Assembly (NCBI GenBank): GCA_029251165.1
Contig: JAQXDW010000095.1
Coordinates: forward strand, 4,423-68,422
Direction: 5' to 3'
Origin: Myxococcota bacterium
GTDB lineage: Bacteria; Myxococcota_A; UBA796
DNA: 64,000 nucleotides
Part shown: positions 18,154 to 26,371 of the stretch, piece by piece
Layout: the number at the start of each line of letters is the position of its first letter
Position numbering within the stretch: position 1 is the first letter of the stretch
Translations under genes and position numbers: made by a program
Notes under the pieces: generated by a model
Database searches by the model: none
Seen by the model: only the letters and a program-made list of their open reading frames with translations
What the model was told of the DNA's origin: nothing

Positions 18154-19976
18154 TTGCGCTGGCGCTGTCGCTGTCCGCCCAGGCCCAGGACAATGAAGAC
18201 GCGCAGGATCACACCATCGACTTCGAGCTGTTCCGGCCCTACCCGGACGCCATGGGCTACCTCGGGGTGCCCTCCGCAGCGACCCTGGGTCACCTGCAGG
18301 TCGGGTTCTCGTTCTGGGGCAACTATCAGAACGATCCGCTCGTCTTGAGCTACGATGGAGAGCGTGTCGCACCGAAGGCTGCGCTGGTCGATGGTGACGA
18401 CGGCGACGGCGTCGTCGATGACCGGTTCACCAGCAATGTTCAGGTCGGAATCGGCCTGTCCCGGTACTTCTCGCTGACCGCTGATGTCCCGCTCATCTTC
18501 TGGCAGGATGGCTACTCTCTCGACGGCATCGACAACCCGATCGTCGAGCCCGACGCCCTGATCACGTCTGGCGTCGGAGACGTCCGGCTTCAGCCCAAGG
18601 TGGTGGCGCTGGACCGGGATCGCATGCCGGTCGGCCTGTCCATCGCCGTGCCCGTGAGCGTGCCCACTGGCGGTGGCGGCTCGTTCCTCGGAGAGGAAGC
18701 CTTCACCATCACTCCGACCGTGATCACTGAGGTCTCCAACGGCTCGATCATGGCGCGGGAGTACACCGTGCGGTCATCGTTTGTGCTCGGCTATCGGGTG
18801 CGGGACCAGGGACGACTCCGAGACGTCCGTCTGGCAAACGAGATGGTCTATGGAGCCGCCCTGGGCTTCCACCCGGCGGATCCGATTGAGCTGATGATCG
18901 AGGCACGCGGCAACGTCGGCGGCTCTCGTACCGCGCAGAACCCGGCAGAGGTCCTCGGCGGCGCCAAGTTCCTCATCGGCCGCTACGTCAACATCAACGT
19001 CGGCGGCGGCGCGGGCATCGTGTCGGGACTCGGTGCGCCGGACTACCGCCTCGTCTTCGGCCTCAGCCTCGCTCCGTCCTTCGACCCCAACGCCCGGGAC
19101 TCTGACAAGGACGGCATCTCCGACGGCATGGATCGCTGTCCGAAGGATCCTGAGGATCTCGACGGCTTCCAGGACGAGGACGGCTGCCCGGACCTCGACA
19201 ACGACGTCGACAACATCCCCGACACTCAGGATCAGTGCCCCAACGATCCTGAGGACGACGACGGCTGGCTCGACAACGACGGCTGCCCGGACACCGACAA
19301 CGACAAGGACGCCATCCTCGACGTCGCCGATCGCTGCCCCAACGATGCTGAGACCGCCAACGGCTACATGGACGACGACGGCTGCCCCGACGAGGCGCCC
19401 ATCGACGACACCGACGGTGATGGCTACCGCGACGACGTCGACCGCTGCCCATACGATGCCGAGGACTTCGACGGCTTCCAGGACGAGGACGGCTGTCCAG
19501 ACCTCGACAACGACAACGACGGCATCTCCGACAGCGTCGATCAGTGCCCGACGGTTCGCGAGGTGTTCAACGGGGTCGATGACGAGGACGGCTGCCCGGA
19601 CGAGGGACGGGTCGTGGTCGAGTCCGGCTCGATCAAGATCCTGGAGAAGATCTACTTCGAGTCTGGCAAGGCAACGATCCAGGCGCGCTCCAACAGCCTC
19701 ATCGATGAGATCGCTGCCACCATCGAGTCCCGTCCGGAGATCCTCAAGATCCGGGTCGAGGGTCACACCGACAGCGTCGGCGGCGACATGAACAACCTGC
19801 GGCTGTCGCAGTCCCGCGCAGAGGCGGTGGTCACGGCCCTCGTCCAGCGCGGCATCTCGAGCGATCGCCTCGACGGCGTCGGCTTCGGTGAGATGCGCTC
19901 GATCGCGACCAACGACACCGAAGAGGGACGCGCAGAGAACCGCCGGGTCGAGTTCATCATCGTCGATCGCAAGTAG
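18147..19976 (+). CDS. Outer-membrane beta-barrel + thrombospondin type-3 repeats + OmpA domain (TraB-like architecture)
   Basis: Signal peptide; amphipathic strands over the first ~310 aa; five D.D.D.I/Y.D..D.CP...DGCPD units; C-terminal IYFESG, EGHTD, NLRLSQSRA, NRRVEF. Confidence 0.88.
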   Translation: MLIALALSLSAQAQDNEDAQDHTIDFELFRPYPDAMGYLGVPSAATLGHLQVGFSFWGNYQNDPLVLSYDGERVAPKAALVDGDDGDGVVDDRFTSNVQVGIGLSRYFSLTADVPLIFWQDGYSLDGIDNPIVEPDALITSGVGDVRLQPKVVALDRDRMPVGLSIAVPVSVPTGGGGSFLGEEAFTITPTVITEVSNGSIMAREYTVRSSFVLGYRVRDQGRLRDVRLANEMVYGAALGFHPADPIELMIEARGNVGGSRTAQNPAEVLGGAKFLIGRYVNINVGGGAGIVSGLGAPDYRLVFGLSLAPSFDPNARDSDKDGISDGMDRCPKDPEDLDGFQDEDGCPDLDNDVDNIPDTQDQCPNDPEDDDGWLDNDGCPDTDNDKDAILDVADRCPNDAETANGYMDDDGCPDEAPIDDTDGDGYRDDVDRCPYDAEDFDGFQDEDGCPDLDNDNDGISDSVDQCPTVREVFNGVDDEDGCPDEGRVVVESGSIKILEKIYFESGKATIQARSNSLIDEIAATIESRPEILKIRVEGHTDSVGGDMNNLRLSQSRAEAVVTALVQRGISSDRLDGVGFGEMRSIATNDTEEGRAENRRVEFIIVDRK

Positions 19977-20340
19977 ACGGCTGAGGCGTGTGCATGACAC
20001 GGGCCTCTCCGTGTCGCCTCTGCGTTCCCCGGTCCCGGCCTCAGCAGGAGGCTCGGGAAAAGGCGGAGAGTTCAGTCTTGCGCCGCCTTGTTGGCGGTCA
20101 GTCCTTGTTTGTTGGGTTCTCTGTGCCCTCTTGTTGTATGATGATGGCCCAGTCCCCTTCGTGAGGTCACCGTGGAGACCCTCAGCTTGTCTGCCGTCTG
20201 CCTGGTCTGCATCACCGAGACGCTCGACCCCAGCGGACCGCAGCGCGCTGGAAAAGATGCCGCCATCACGGCCTGTTGTCTCCGCTGGGGTGAACAGCAC
20301 GGACATGAACCTGGCTGCGGCTGAGAACTGAATTGTGAGG

Positions 20341-21723
20341 ATGGAGATGAGATCACTGGTATTGATGAGCCTGTGCGTGGGTGCTCTGTTGGTTGGCTGT
20401 GGTGACAAGGATGTCACCACCGACACCGCTGACCTGGACACGGACGACACCACCGACACCGACACCGATGACACCGACACCGATGACACCATGGTGCCCG
20501 AGGAGCCGGTTCAGGTGCTCATCGAGGGTGTGGTCCGGGTGCAGCTGTACACCGAAGATGAAGACGGCGAGCGCACCTACATCTCCTGGGGAGACAGCTA
20601 CGGCAGCACCTACCCGTTCGGCTCGATCTTCCTGACCTCCTACACCGAGGGGAAGTCTGGAGACATCGACTACTATGGCTCCACGATCGTTGCAGCCGCT
20701 GACGTCACTCCGGACACCGGCAACGAGTACGCCATCACCATCAACCTCTCGGAAGATGGAACGGTCAGCCTGTACGCTGCGGTGGATTACTGGGGCGACA
20801 ACATCATCGGAACCGATGAGCCCATCGGAGTCTACCCCGGCGAGGTTGAGATCATCGAGGGCGAGGATGTGGAGGGACTGGACATCACGATCCTGGTTCC
20901 CTACTACGACTTCGACGGCAAGGGCGGCGACGTCGGCAGCAAGGGTGGCGACATCGGCAGCAAAGGCTCAGGCTGTGACGATGTCTCGATCACCGGTGAC
21001 ATCGACCTCACCCGAGACTTCTCCGGCGGCCGCGCGGTGGGGATGCTGGTGGACAATGCCGGCAATGGGCCCTACGACTGGGGCTGGTCGGATCTCACCG
21101 CGACCAAGAGCGGAGCCACCGGCACCTACGCCATCAGCACCTGCGAGGACTACGGCACCTTCCAGCTGCGCGGTGCCTGGGACAGCAACGGCAACGAGCT
21201 GATCGATCCGGCGGATCTCTGGGGAAGCTACGCCAACAGTGACGGCGTGGATGCAAACCCGATCGCCATCGGCTCGAACAATCTGCCAGGCTACGACATC
21301 CTCATCCCGCTGGGGAGCGGTGGCCTGTCGGTCATTCCCTACAGCCGCCTGTCGGGCACCCTCGATGTCGGCGGGGGAACCTTCGACGACCTGCCCGAGG
21401 ACACCAGCGCGGTCTACGTGGTTGCCCTGAAGTACCGTCCGACGACCGGCATCTCCCTGGCGACCCTCTACGAGCAGGCCTACGACGTGCAGGTGTTCGA
21501 GCCGGATGACTTCTCCGGTCAGTCGATCCTCGACTGGTCGCTGAGCGTGCCGTCGAACAGCATCATCTACCTGTGGGCCTACGCCGACTCCAACAACATC
21601 GAGACCGTCAACGAGTCTGGCGAGTTCCTGGCCTCGGGCGGAGACGACGACAACGGCAAGATCGTCACCAGCAGCGGCCTGAGCGAGGGCAACCACATGA
21701 CCCTCGGACAGGCTCCGGATTAG
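20341..21723 (+). CDS. Acidic surface lipoprotein with DT-rich linker and repeated beta-domains
   Basis: LLVGC lipobox; (DTD)n linker; three domains containing YAAVDYWGD / GAWDSNGN / AYADSNN. Confidence 0.8.
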   Translation: MEMRSLVLMSLCVGALLVGCGDKDVTTDTADLDTDDTTDTDTDDTDTDDTMVPEEPVQVLIEGVVRVQLYTEDEDGERTYISWGDSYGSTYPFGSIFLTSYTEGKSGDIDYYGSTIVAAADVTPDTGNEYAITINLSEDGTVSLYAAVDYWGDNIIGTDEPIGVYPGEVEIIEGEDVEGLDITILVPYYDFDGKGGDVGSKGGDIGSKGSGCDDVSITGDIDLTRDFSGGRAVGMLVDNAGNGPYDWGWSDLTATKSGATGTYAISTCEDYGTFQLRGAWDSNGNELIDPADLWGSYANSDGVDANPIAIGSNNLPGYDILIPLGSGGLSVIPYSRLSGTLDVGGGTFDDLPEDTSAVYVVALKYRPTTGISLATLYEQAYDVQVFEPDDFSGQSILDWSLSVPSNSIIYLWAYADSNNIETVNESGEFLASGGDDDNGKIVTSSGLSEGNHMTLGQAPD

Positions 21724-21747
21724 GGGCGTCCTGCCCGTTGAACAGAG

Positions 21748-21778
21748 CGCCGAGGTCATCCCGACCTCGGCGTCTTTC
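21748..21778 (+). terminator. Rho-independent terminator
   Basis: CGCCGAGGTC-ATCCC-GACCTCGGCG stem-loop followed by TCTTTC, 25 bp after the stop. Confidence 0.65.
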
Positions 21779-21957
21779 GTGGGGCTTCTTCACACGGATC
21801 CAGGACCGGAGTGTCTCAGGGCGACTCCAGGATCTGGCCGGAGGAGGCGTCTGTCTGGAGAGGCGGACGAGAAATCTTGAGCCGATCCGGCAGGAAAGCG
21901 AGGGGTGTTGTGCTACAAAGAGGCCCCCGTCCGGTCTGAAAACCCAGGAAGAAGATC

Positions 21958-22896
21958 ATGAACCGCAGCACCCTCGGACTCCTCGCCGCCCTGACCGGCC
22001 TCAGCTTCTATGGCCTCGACGCCTTCGCCGGCGCCAAGGCCTCCAGCTTCAAGTCGGAGCGGAAGCGTGGTGAGAACTACTTCAACGCCAACTCTGCCAC
22101 TGACGGAAACCCGGAGACTGCCTGGCTGGTTCCTGGAGAGAGCGAGAACAAGGGCGAGTGGATCATGATCGATGTGCCCAAGGTCACCATCGACAAGCTG
22201 GGCATGAACATCGGCTATGCGCTGAGCGAAGAGACCTTTCAGGACTATGCTCGGATCAAGTCGGTCTCCATTGAGCTGTTCCAGTACGACGACATGCAGA
22301 CCCTGGAGCCCGTCCCCGGTCAGGTCACCGCGAGCTTTGAAGACAAGGCGGGCTTCCAGGTCGTCGACATCGACAACATGGAGATCACCTCGACCTCCGG
22401 TGGCAAGGTCAAGATCACCATCACCGAGGTCTACGAGGGGCGGGACTATCCCAACTTCGGCCTCTCTGAACTGCTGGTCTACCCCACGGAATTCGAGGTC
22501 GCGACCGCGATCAATGACGTCTCCGATGAGTCTGGTGACCACAGCCGTCTCGACCTCGTCGATGACAGCAGCCGCACCTTCTGGGCCGCAGATGCCGAGG
22601 GTGCCTCGATCAATTGCGAGGTCACCGGGTACACCATCTCCAGCATCGGCATCCAGCCTGGACCATCCTCCTACGCCCGCCCCAAGACCGTCAAGATCAC
22701 CGCTGGTCCCCGCACAGTGACGGTCGAGCTGGCGAACACCGCCTCGGTGCAGTGGTTTGAGATCCCCTCGACCTCTGGCTTCGCTGGATACTGGTCGGAC
22801 GTGACCGTGGAGATCGTGGAGGTCTACCCCGGCTCCAACCCTCAGGTCGCCATCGCTGAGCTGGACCTGAAGGCGGTTGCATACGACGGCTTCTAG
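21958..22896 (+). CDS. Exported protein with two discoidin/F5-8C-like glycan-binding domains
   Basis: Signal peptide; ASS...NSATDGNPETAW...GEWI and DLVDDSSRTFW; both halves end I.EVY.G...SEL/AEL. Confidence 0.75.
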   Translation: MNRSTLGLLAALTGLSFYGLDAFAGAKASSFKSERKRGENYFNANSATDGNPETAWLVPGESENKGEWIMIDVPKVTIDKLGMNIGYALSEETFQDYARIKSVSIELFQYDDMQTLEPVPGQVTASFEDKAGFQVVDIDNMEITSTSGGKVKITITEVYEGRDYPNFGLSELLVYPTEFEVATAINDVSDESGDHSRLDLVDDSSRTFWAADAEGASINCEVTGYTISSIGIQPGPSSYARPKTVKITAGPRTVTVELANTASVQWFEIPSTSGFAGYWSDVTVEIVEVYPGSNPQVAIAELDLKAVAYDGF

Positions 22897-22903
22897 GCTC
22901 TCC

Positions 22904-24208
22904 ATGGTCTGGAAGCGGGAGCTGATCGCTGCTGCAGTGCTTTCGGCTGTCGTCGCGCTGCTGTGTGCCTTCTACTTCGCCCGTTTTCACCTGGAGTGGC
23001 CGGTGGTGGGCCGCGACTTCGTGCAGGTCTGTGTGGAGACCGCCGCGCGTCGTGACGGCACGCCGTCGCTCTACCCGCAGCGGACCCCGACGGCAGGACT
23101 GCTTCCGGGGCTGCTGGCTCGCAGCCTGGGCATCATCGATGGGCTGCTGGTCGGCGCGCTGCTGTCGAGCATGGTGGTCATCGGCGGGGTGTACCTGTGG
23201 GCGCGGTCGCTGGCAGATGCCCGGGCTGGTGCTGCGGCTGCGGTGCTGGTCGGTGCGTTCACGCCGCTGGCGGTGCTGCCCCGGTTCGTTCACTTCTACC
23301 CGGAGGTGATCGCTGCGATGGTGGCCTGTGTGGCGCTGTCCGCGGCGGCCGCGCGGTGGCCTGGGTGGCAGACGGCGCTGCTGGCTGGGCTGGGCGCAGG
23401 GGCTGCGCTGGCGGTGGACGGACGCGGGCTGCTGTGGGCTGTGCCGGCGCTGCTGGTTGCAGGGATTGGTCTGCGACGCTGGAGCGTGCTGCTGCTGCCG
23501 GGGGTGGGGCTGTCTCACTGGCTGGCTGGTCTCCTCCTCCCGGCACACACTCCGCGCCTGGAGACGCAGATCGCCTGGTTCGTCCGCGACCTCGGCGGCG
23601 TCCCGCCCGCGCTCCCGCTGAAGCCTGCGCGCTTCCTGTGGGGGCACAGCAGCCTGGCGGATCTTCCGAGCACGGTGGGCTATCTGCTGGCCGCCCAGGC
23701 CCCCTCTGCACCGGGCAACGCCGCCCAGCGGGCGATCCACATCGATCCATGGCTGCCGGTGCTGGCGATCGGGCTGCTCGCTGCGGTCTTCGTCCTCCGC
23801 AAGGCTCCGCAGCGGGTGGGGATCCTGGCGGTGACCGCCGCGCCGTTCGCCCTGGCGCTGTACGGCGCGGCGACCGGACAGGTCTCTCCCCGGCACCTCG
23901 CGATGGCCTGGCCGTTCGCGCCGGTGGTGCTCGGGATCGGGCTGTCGGCGACCCGGCTCCACCCCGCAGGACTGTGTGGCGGCTGCCTGGCGGTGGTGAT
24001 CGGCCTGGCGGCGGCGGACTTCGGCGGAGACATTCACCAGACCCCTGACGTCGACGCCCTGCTCGCGGCCCACCCTGACGCGGATCCAGCGGCTGTCGCG
24101 CGCCTGGAATTCAACGACCCAGCGTGTCGGTCGGCGCTCGAGGCGGACCTCGCTGCCGGGCATCCGTGGGGAAGTCGGCTGTACCGGCGCTGGCCGCCGG
24201 TGCGGTGA
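22904..24208 (+). CDS. Polytopic membrane protein, GT-C/ArnT-PMT-like glycosyltransferase
   Basis: About 10 hydrophobic segments; N-terminal loop GRDF; PRH motif near the last TMs. Confidence 0.55.
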   Translation: MVWKRELIAAAVLSAVVALLCAFYFARFHLEWPVVGRDFVQVCVETAARRDGTPSLYPQRTPTAGLLPGLLARSLGIIDGLLVGALLSSMVVIGGVYLWARSLADARAGAAAAVLVGAFTPLAVLPRFVHFYPEVIAAMVACVALSAAAARWPGWQTALLAGLGAGAALAVDGRGLLWAVPALLVAGIGLRRWSVLLLPGVGLSHWLAGLLLPAHTPRLETQIAWFVRDLGGVPPALPLKPARFLWGHSSLADLPSTVGYLLAAQAPSAPGNAAQRAIHIDPWLPVLAIGLLAAVFVLRKAPQRVGILAVTAAPFALALYGAATGQVSPRHLAMAWPFAPVVLGIGLSATRLHPAGLCGGCLAVVIGLAAADFGGDIHQTPDVDALLAAHPDADPAAVARLEFNDPACRSALEADLAAGHPWGSRLYRRWPPVR

Positions 24209-24211
24209 GGG

Positions 24212-24772
24212 CTACCCTGCGTCGTGAGCGCTGGCGAGCCGACCCATTTGCGGCTGGAGAGCCTCTTCTTCCTCCTTCGCAGGGGGCACGGCGTCCTCGC
24301 CGTGCTCTTCAGGCGGAAGCTTCCCCATCATCACCTCCAGCGGCTCAGGGGGCGGCGCGGTGGCCTCGACTTCACCGAGGATCATCTCCGGCCCCTCCTC
24401 AAACATCGACCAGAATGCATCGGAGATCTTCTCCAGCAGGGACTGCTCTCCGCAGGAGTCAACGGACGCACTGGGAAGGACCGCAGCAGCAGCGGTGCCG
24501 CCGATGAGCAGTCCACCAGCCACCATCCCGGCTCGGGCCAGGAACACCCGCCGGGAGGGCTTGAACCGGACGGTGCCGTCGGAGTTGGCGGTGTAGCGGA
24601 CGCAGGGCTCCTCGACGGTGGCGAGGACCGCAGTGGCCTGGGGCTCGGTCATCTCAGAGAGATCGTGGACGTGCTTGCTGCACGCGCTGCAGAAGCGCTT
24701 CTTCTCGTCGCCGTTCATCTCGGACCAGTCGGCATGGCAGGGTTCGTTGATGCGGAGGGTGTCGCGGTTCAT
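24212..24772 (-). CDS. Membrane protein with N-terminal Cys/His (PC...W..M.G....RFC..C...VHD) domain
   Basis: EPCHADWSEMNGDEKKRFCSACSKHVHDLSEMT...PCVRY, then SRRVFL, a TM segment and an acidic tail; GAGG RBS. Confidence 0.75.
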   Translation of the reverse strand: MNRDTLRINEPCHADWSEMNGDEKKRFCSACSKHVHDLSEMTEPQATAVLATVEEPCVRYTANSDGTVRFKPSRRVFLARAGMVAGGLLIGGTAAAAVLPSASVDSCGEQSLLEKISDAFWSMFEEGPEMILGEVEATAPPPEPLEVMMGKLPPEEHGEDAVPPAKEEEEALQPQMGRLASAHDAG

Positions 24773-24826
24773 GGTGGCCTCTCGTTCTGTGTAGAGAGGA
24801 CGCGACGAGTGCCCCGGGGCTTACAG

Positions 24827-26347
24827 TCAATCCACCGGCATCGTCTCTCCGCGCACTGCCCAGGCTGCGCTGCCGTCCGCACCGAGGACGTCCGGAGTGC
24901 CGAGTCCGGCGGCCACGTCCTCGGCATAGCCGGGCATCGCCAGGACGATCATCTCCGGGAGGTCGATCTCTTCGGGCACGGGCGGCGGCTGGGGAAAGGC
25001 GAGCCCGGCGAGCCACATTCCGGCGTCGGTCTCGATGGGGGCGCCGGGGCGGTTGGGGGAGAGCCGGAGCGGGCGCTGGTGGATCCGCTGGTCGAGCAGC
25101 GGACGCTGGAAGTGGATCCCGGGACCCGCTGCGGGAACGACGAGGACGTGCTCTCCGGGCAGGTCGGCGAGCATGTGGGCGGCGTCGGGGGCGTCCAGCG
25201 GGGTGATGGGCAGCGGGACCGGCGCTGGCGAGAGCAGGGCGAGGTCGACAGCGAGCAGCAGGGCGGCAGGAAGGCGCGCCCTCTCTGGCAGCCGCATGAC
25301 CCCGCGTGCGGCCAGCGCTGACATCGCGACCCCGCCGATCAGCAGAGCCCGTCCGTGGTGGTTGAGCAGGTCACCCAGCGGCAGGAGGTGGGCGAGGGCG
25401 GCGACGGGGTTTGGAACTCCTGTGGGCTCTCCGGCGACGGAGATGACCGGACCCAGTGCCAGCAGCGCGCACCCCACGAGCACCACCCACCACCGGCTCC
25501 ACCCGCTGCGCACCGCCAGCAGCAGCGGCACGATTCCGAGGTAGCCGGGGTGGATGCGGACGAGGGCATCGCCGGGATCCTGACGTCCAGGGGCGATGAG
25601 GCTGAGGAGGTCGATGCCGTGCCAGGGGTTGAGTCGCCACAGGGGCTCCGCACGCGCGATGACGCTGCCGGCGCGGTGTCCGGCGCCGCCGAGTCGGTCG
25701 GCATGGACCAGCGCGAGGGGAGCGACGATGAGTCCGGCGAGCAGCCCGCCGAGGAGCAAGCCCGGCCAGGCGCGACGGTTGCTGGCGAGGGTCAGCCCGA
25801 CCGCCACCACCGCCGCCACCCAGGCGATCACCAGCCCGCACCACGCCGCCAGACCCAGCGACAGCCCGGCGAGCACCCCGGACCATGGCCGGTCTCGTCC
25901 GATGAGCGCCAGCCCCGCCGCGATGAGTCCGAGCCCGCCGTCCTCGGTGAGTCCCGACATCAGCGAGCCCAGCAGGGCAGGCCACAGCGCCAGGGTCAGC
26001 CCCCCGGTGAGGGGATCGCCGTCTTCCTGCTTCGCCAGGAACGCCCCGCCAGCGAACGCCAGGGCCACCGCGAGCAGGATCCAGGCGTTGTAGCCGACCA
26101 GGGGGCCGAACATGCGCCACAGTCCGGCGGCGAAGGCGGTGGGCAGCGGATCGATGACCGGCCAGGAAGCGGCGCCCTCAGCGAGCGAGGTGCCCGCTGG
26201 CCAGCCGGGCAGGGCCTCGCTGTGCCACCACTGCACCCAGGCATGCCCGTAGACCTCACCGCCGGGGCTGGCGAGCAGGCCGGGGTGAACCACGAGGCGT
26301 GCGGCGACAAGCAGGAGCACCGCGATGGCTGCGAGGACGAGCGGCAT
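24827..26347 (-). CDS. Polytopic membrane protein, GT-C-like
   Basis: Many TMs; GHAWVQWW loop, YNAW, GYLG, DQRIHQRP soluble C-terminal domain. Resembles the divergent neighbour. Confidence 0.65.
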   Translation of the reverse strand: MPLVLAAIAVLLLVAARLVVHPGLLASPGGEVYGHAWVQWWHSEALPGWPAGTSLAEGAASWPVIDPLPTAFAAGLWRMFGPLVGYNAWILLAVALAFAGGAFLAKQEDGDPLTGGLTLALWPALLGSLMSGLTEDGGLGLIAAGLALIGRDRPWSGVLAGLSLGLAAWCGLVIAWVAAVVAVGLTLASNRRAWPGLLLGGLLAGLIVAPLALVHADRLGGAGHRAGSVIARAEPLWRLNPWHGIDLLSLIAPGRQDPGDALVRIHPGYLGIVPLLLAVRSGWSRWWVVLVGCALLALGPVISVAGEPTGVPNPVAALAHLLPLGDLLNHHGRALLIGGVAMSALAARGVMRLPERARLPAALLLAVDLALLSPAPVPLPITPLDAPDAAHMLADLPGEHVLVVPAAGPGIHFQRPLLDQRIHQRPLRLSPNRPGAPIETDAGMWLAGLAFPQPPPVPEEIDLPEMIVLAMPGYAEDVAAGLGTPDVLGADGSAAWAVRGETMPVD

Positions 26348-26371
26348 GATCGGCAGTGTACTCTGGGCTCC
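26348..26371. promoter_or_regulatory. Putative bidirectional leaderless promoter
   Basis: Plus-strand TACTCT (26359-64) lies 7 nt before ATG 26372; minus-strand TACACT (26360-55) lies 7 nt before ATG 26347. Confidence 0.55.

Noticed and set aside
17100-19610. Repetitive DNA resembling an array
   Set aside because: Degenerate coding repeats (MopE-like, TSP3); no identical repeats with unique spacers and no cas genes, so not CRISPR.
16769-19791. Long Thr/Arg-rich alternative-frame and antisense ORFs over the Asp-rich genes (also at 55988-57098)
   Set aside because: Shadow ORFs produced by GAC-rich codons and high GC; the real frames carry recognisable domains.
25355-26371. N-terminal 339 aa of the 925-aa track ORF (similarly the extensions at 8310-8861 and 26348-26623)
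   Set aside because: Overlaps real opposite-strand genes; the true starts are at 26372, 8862 and 26347.
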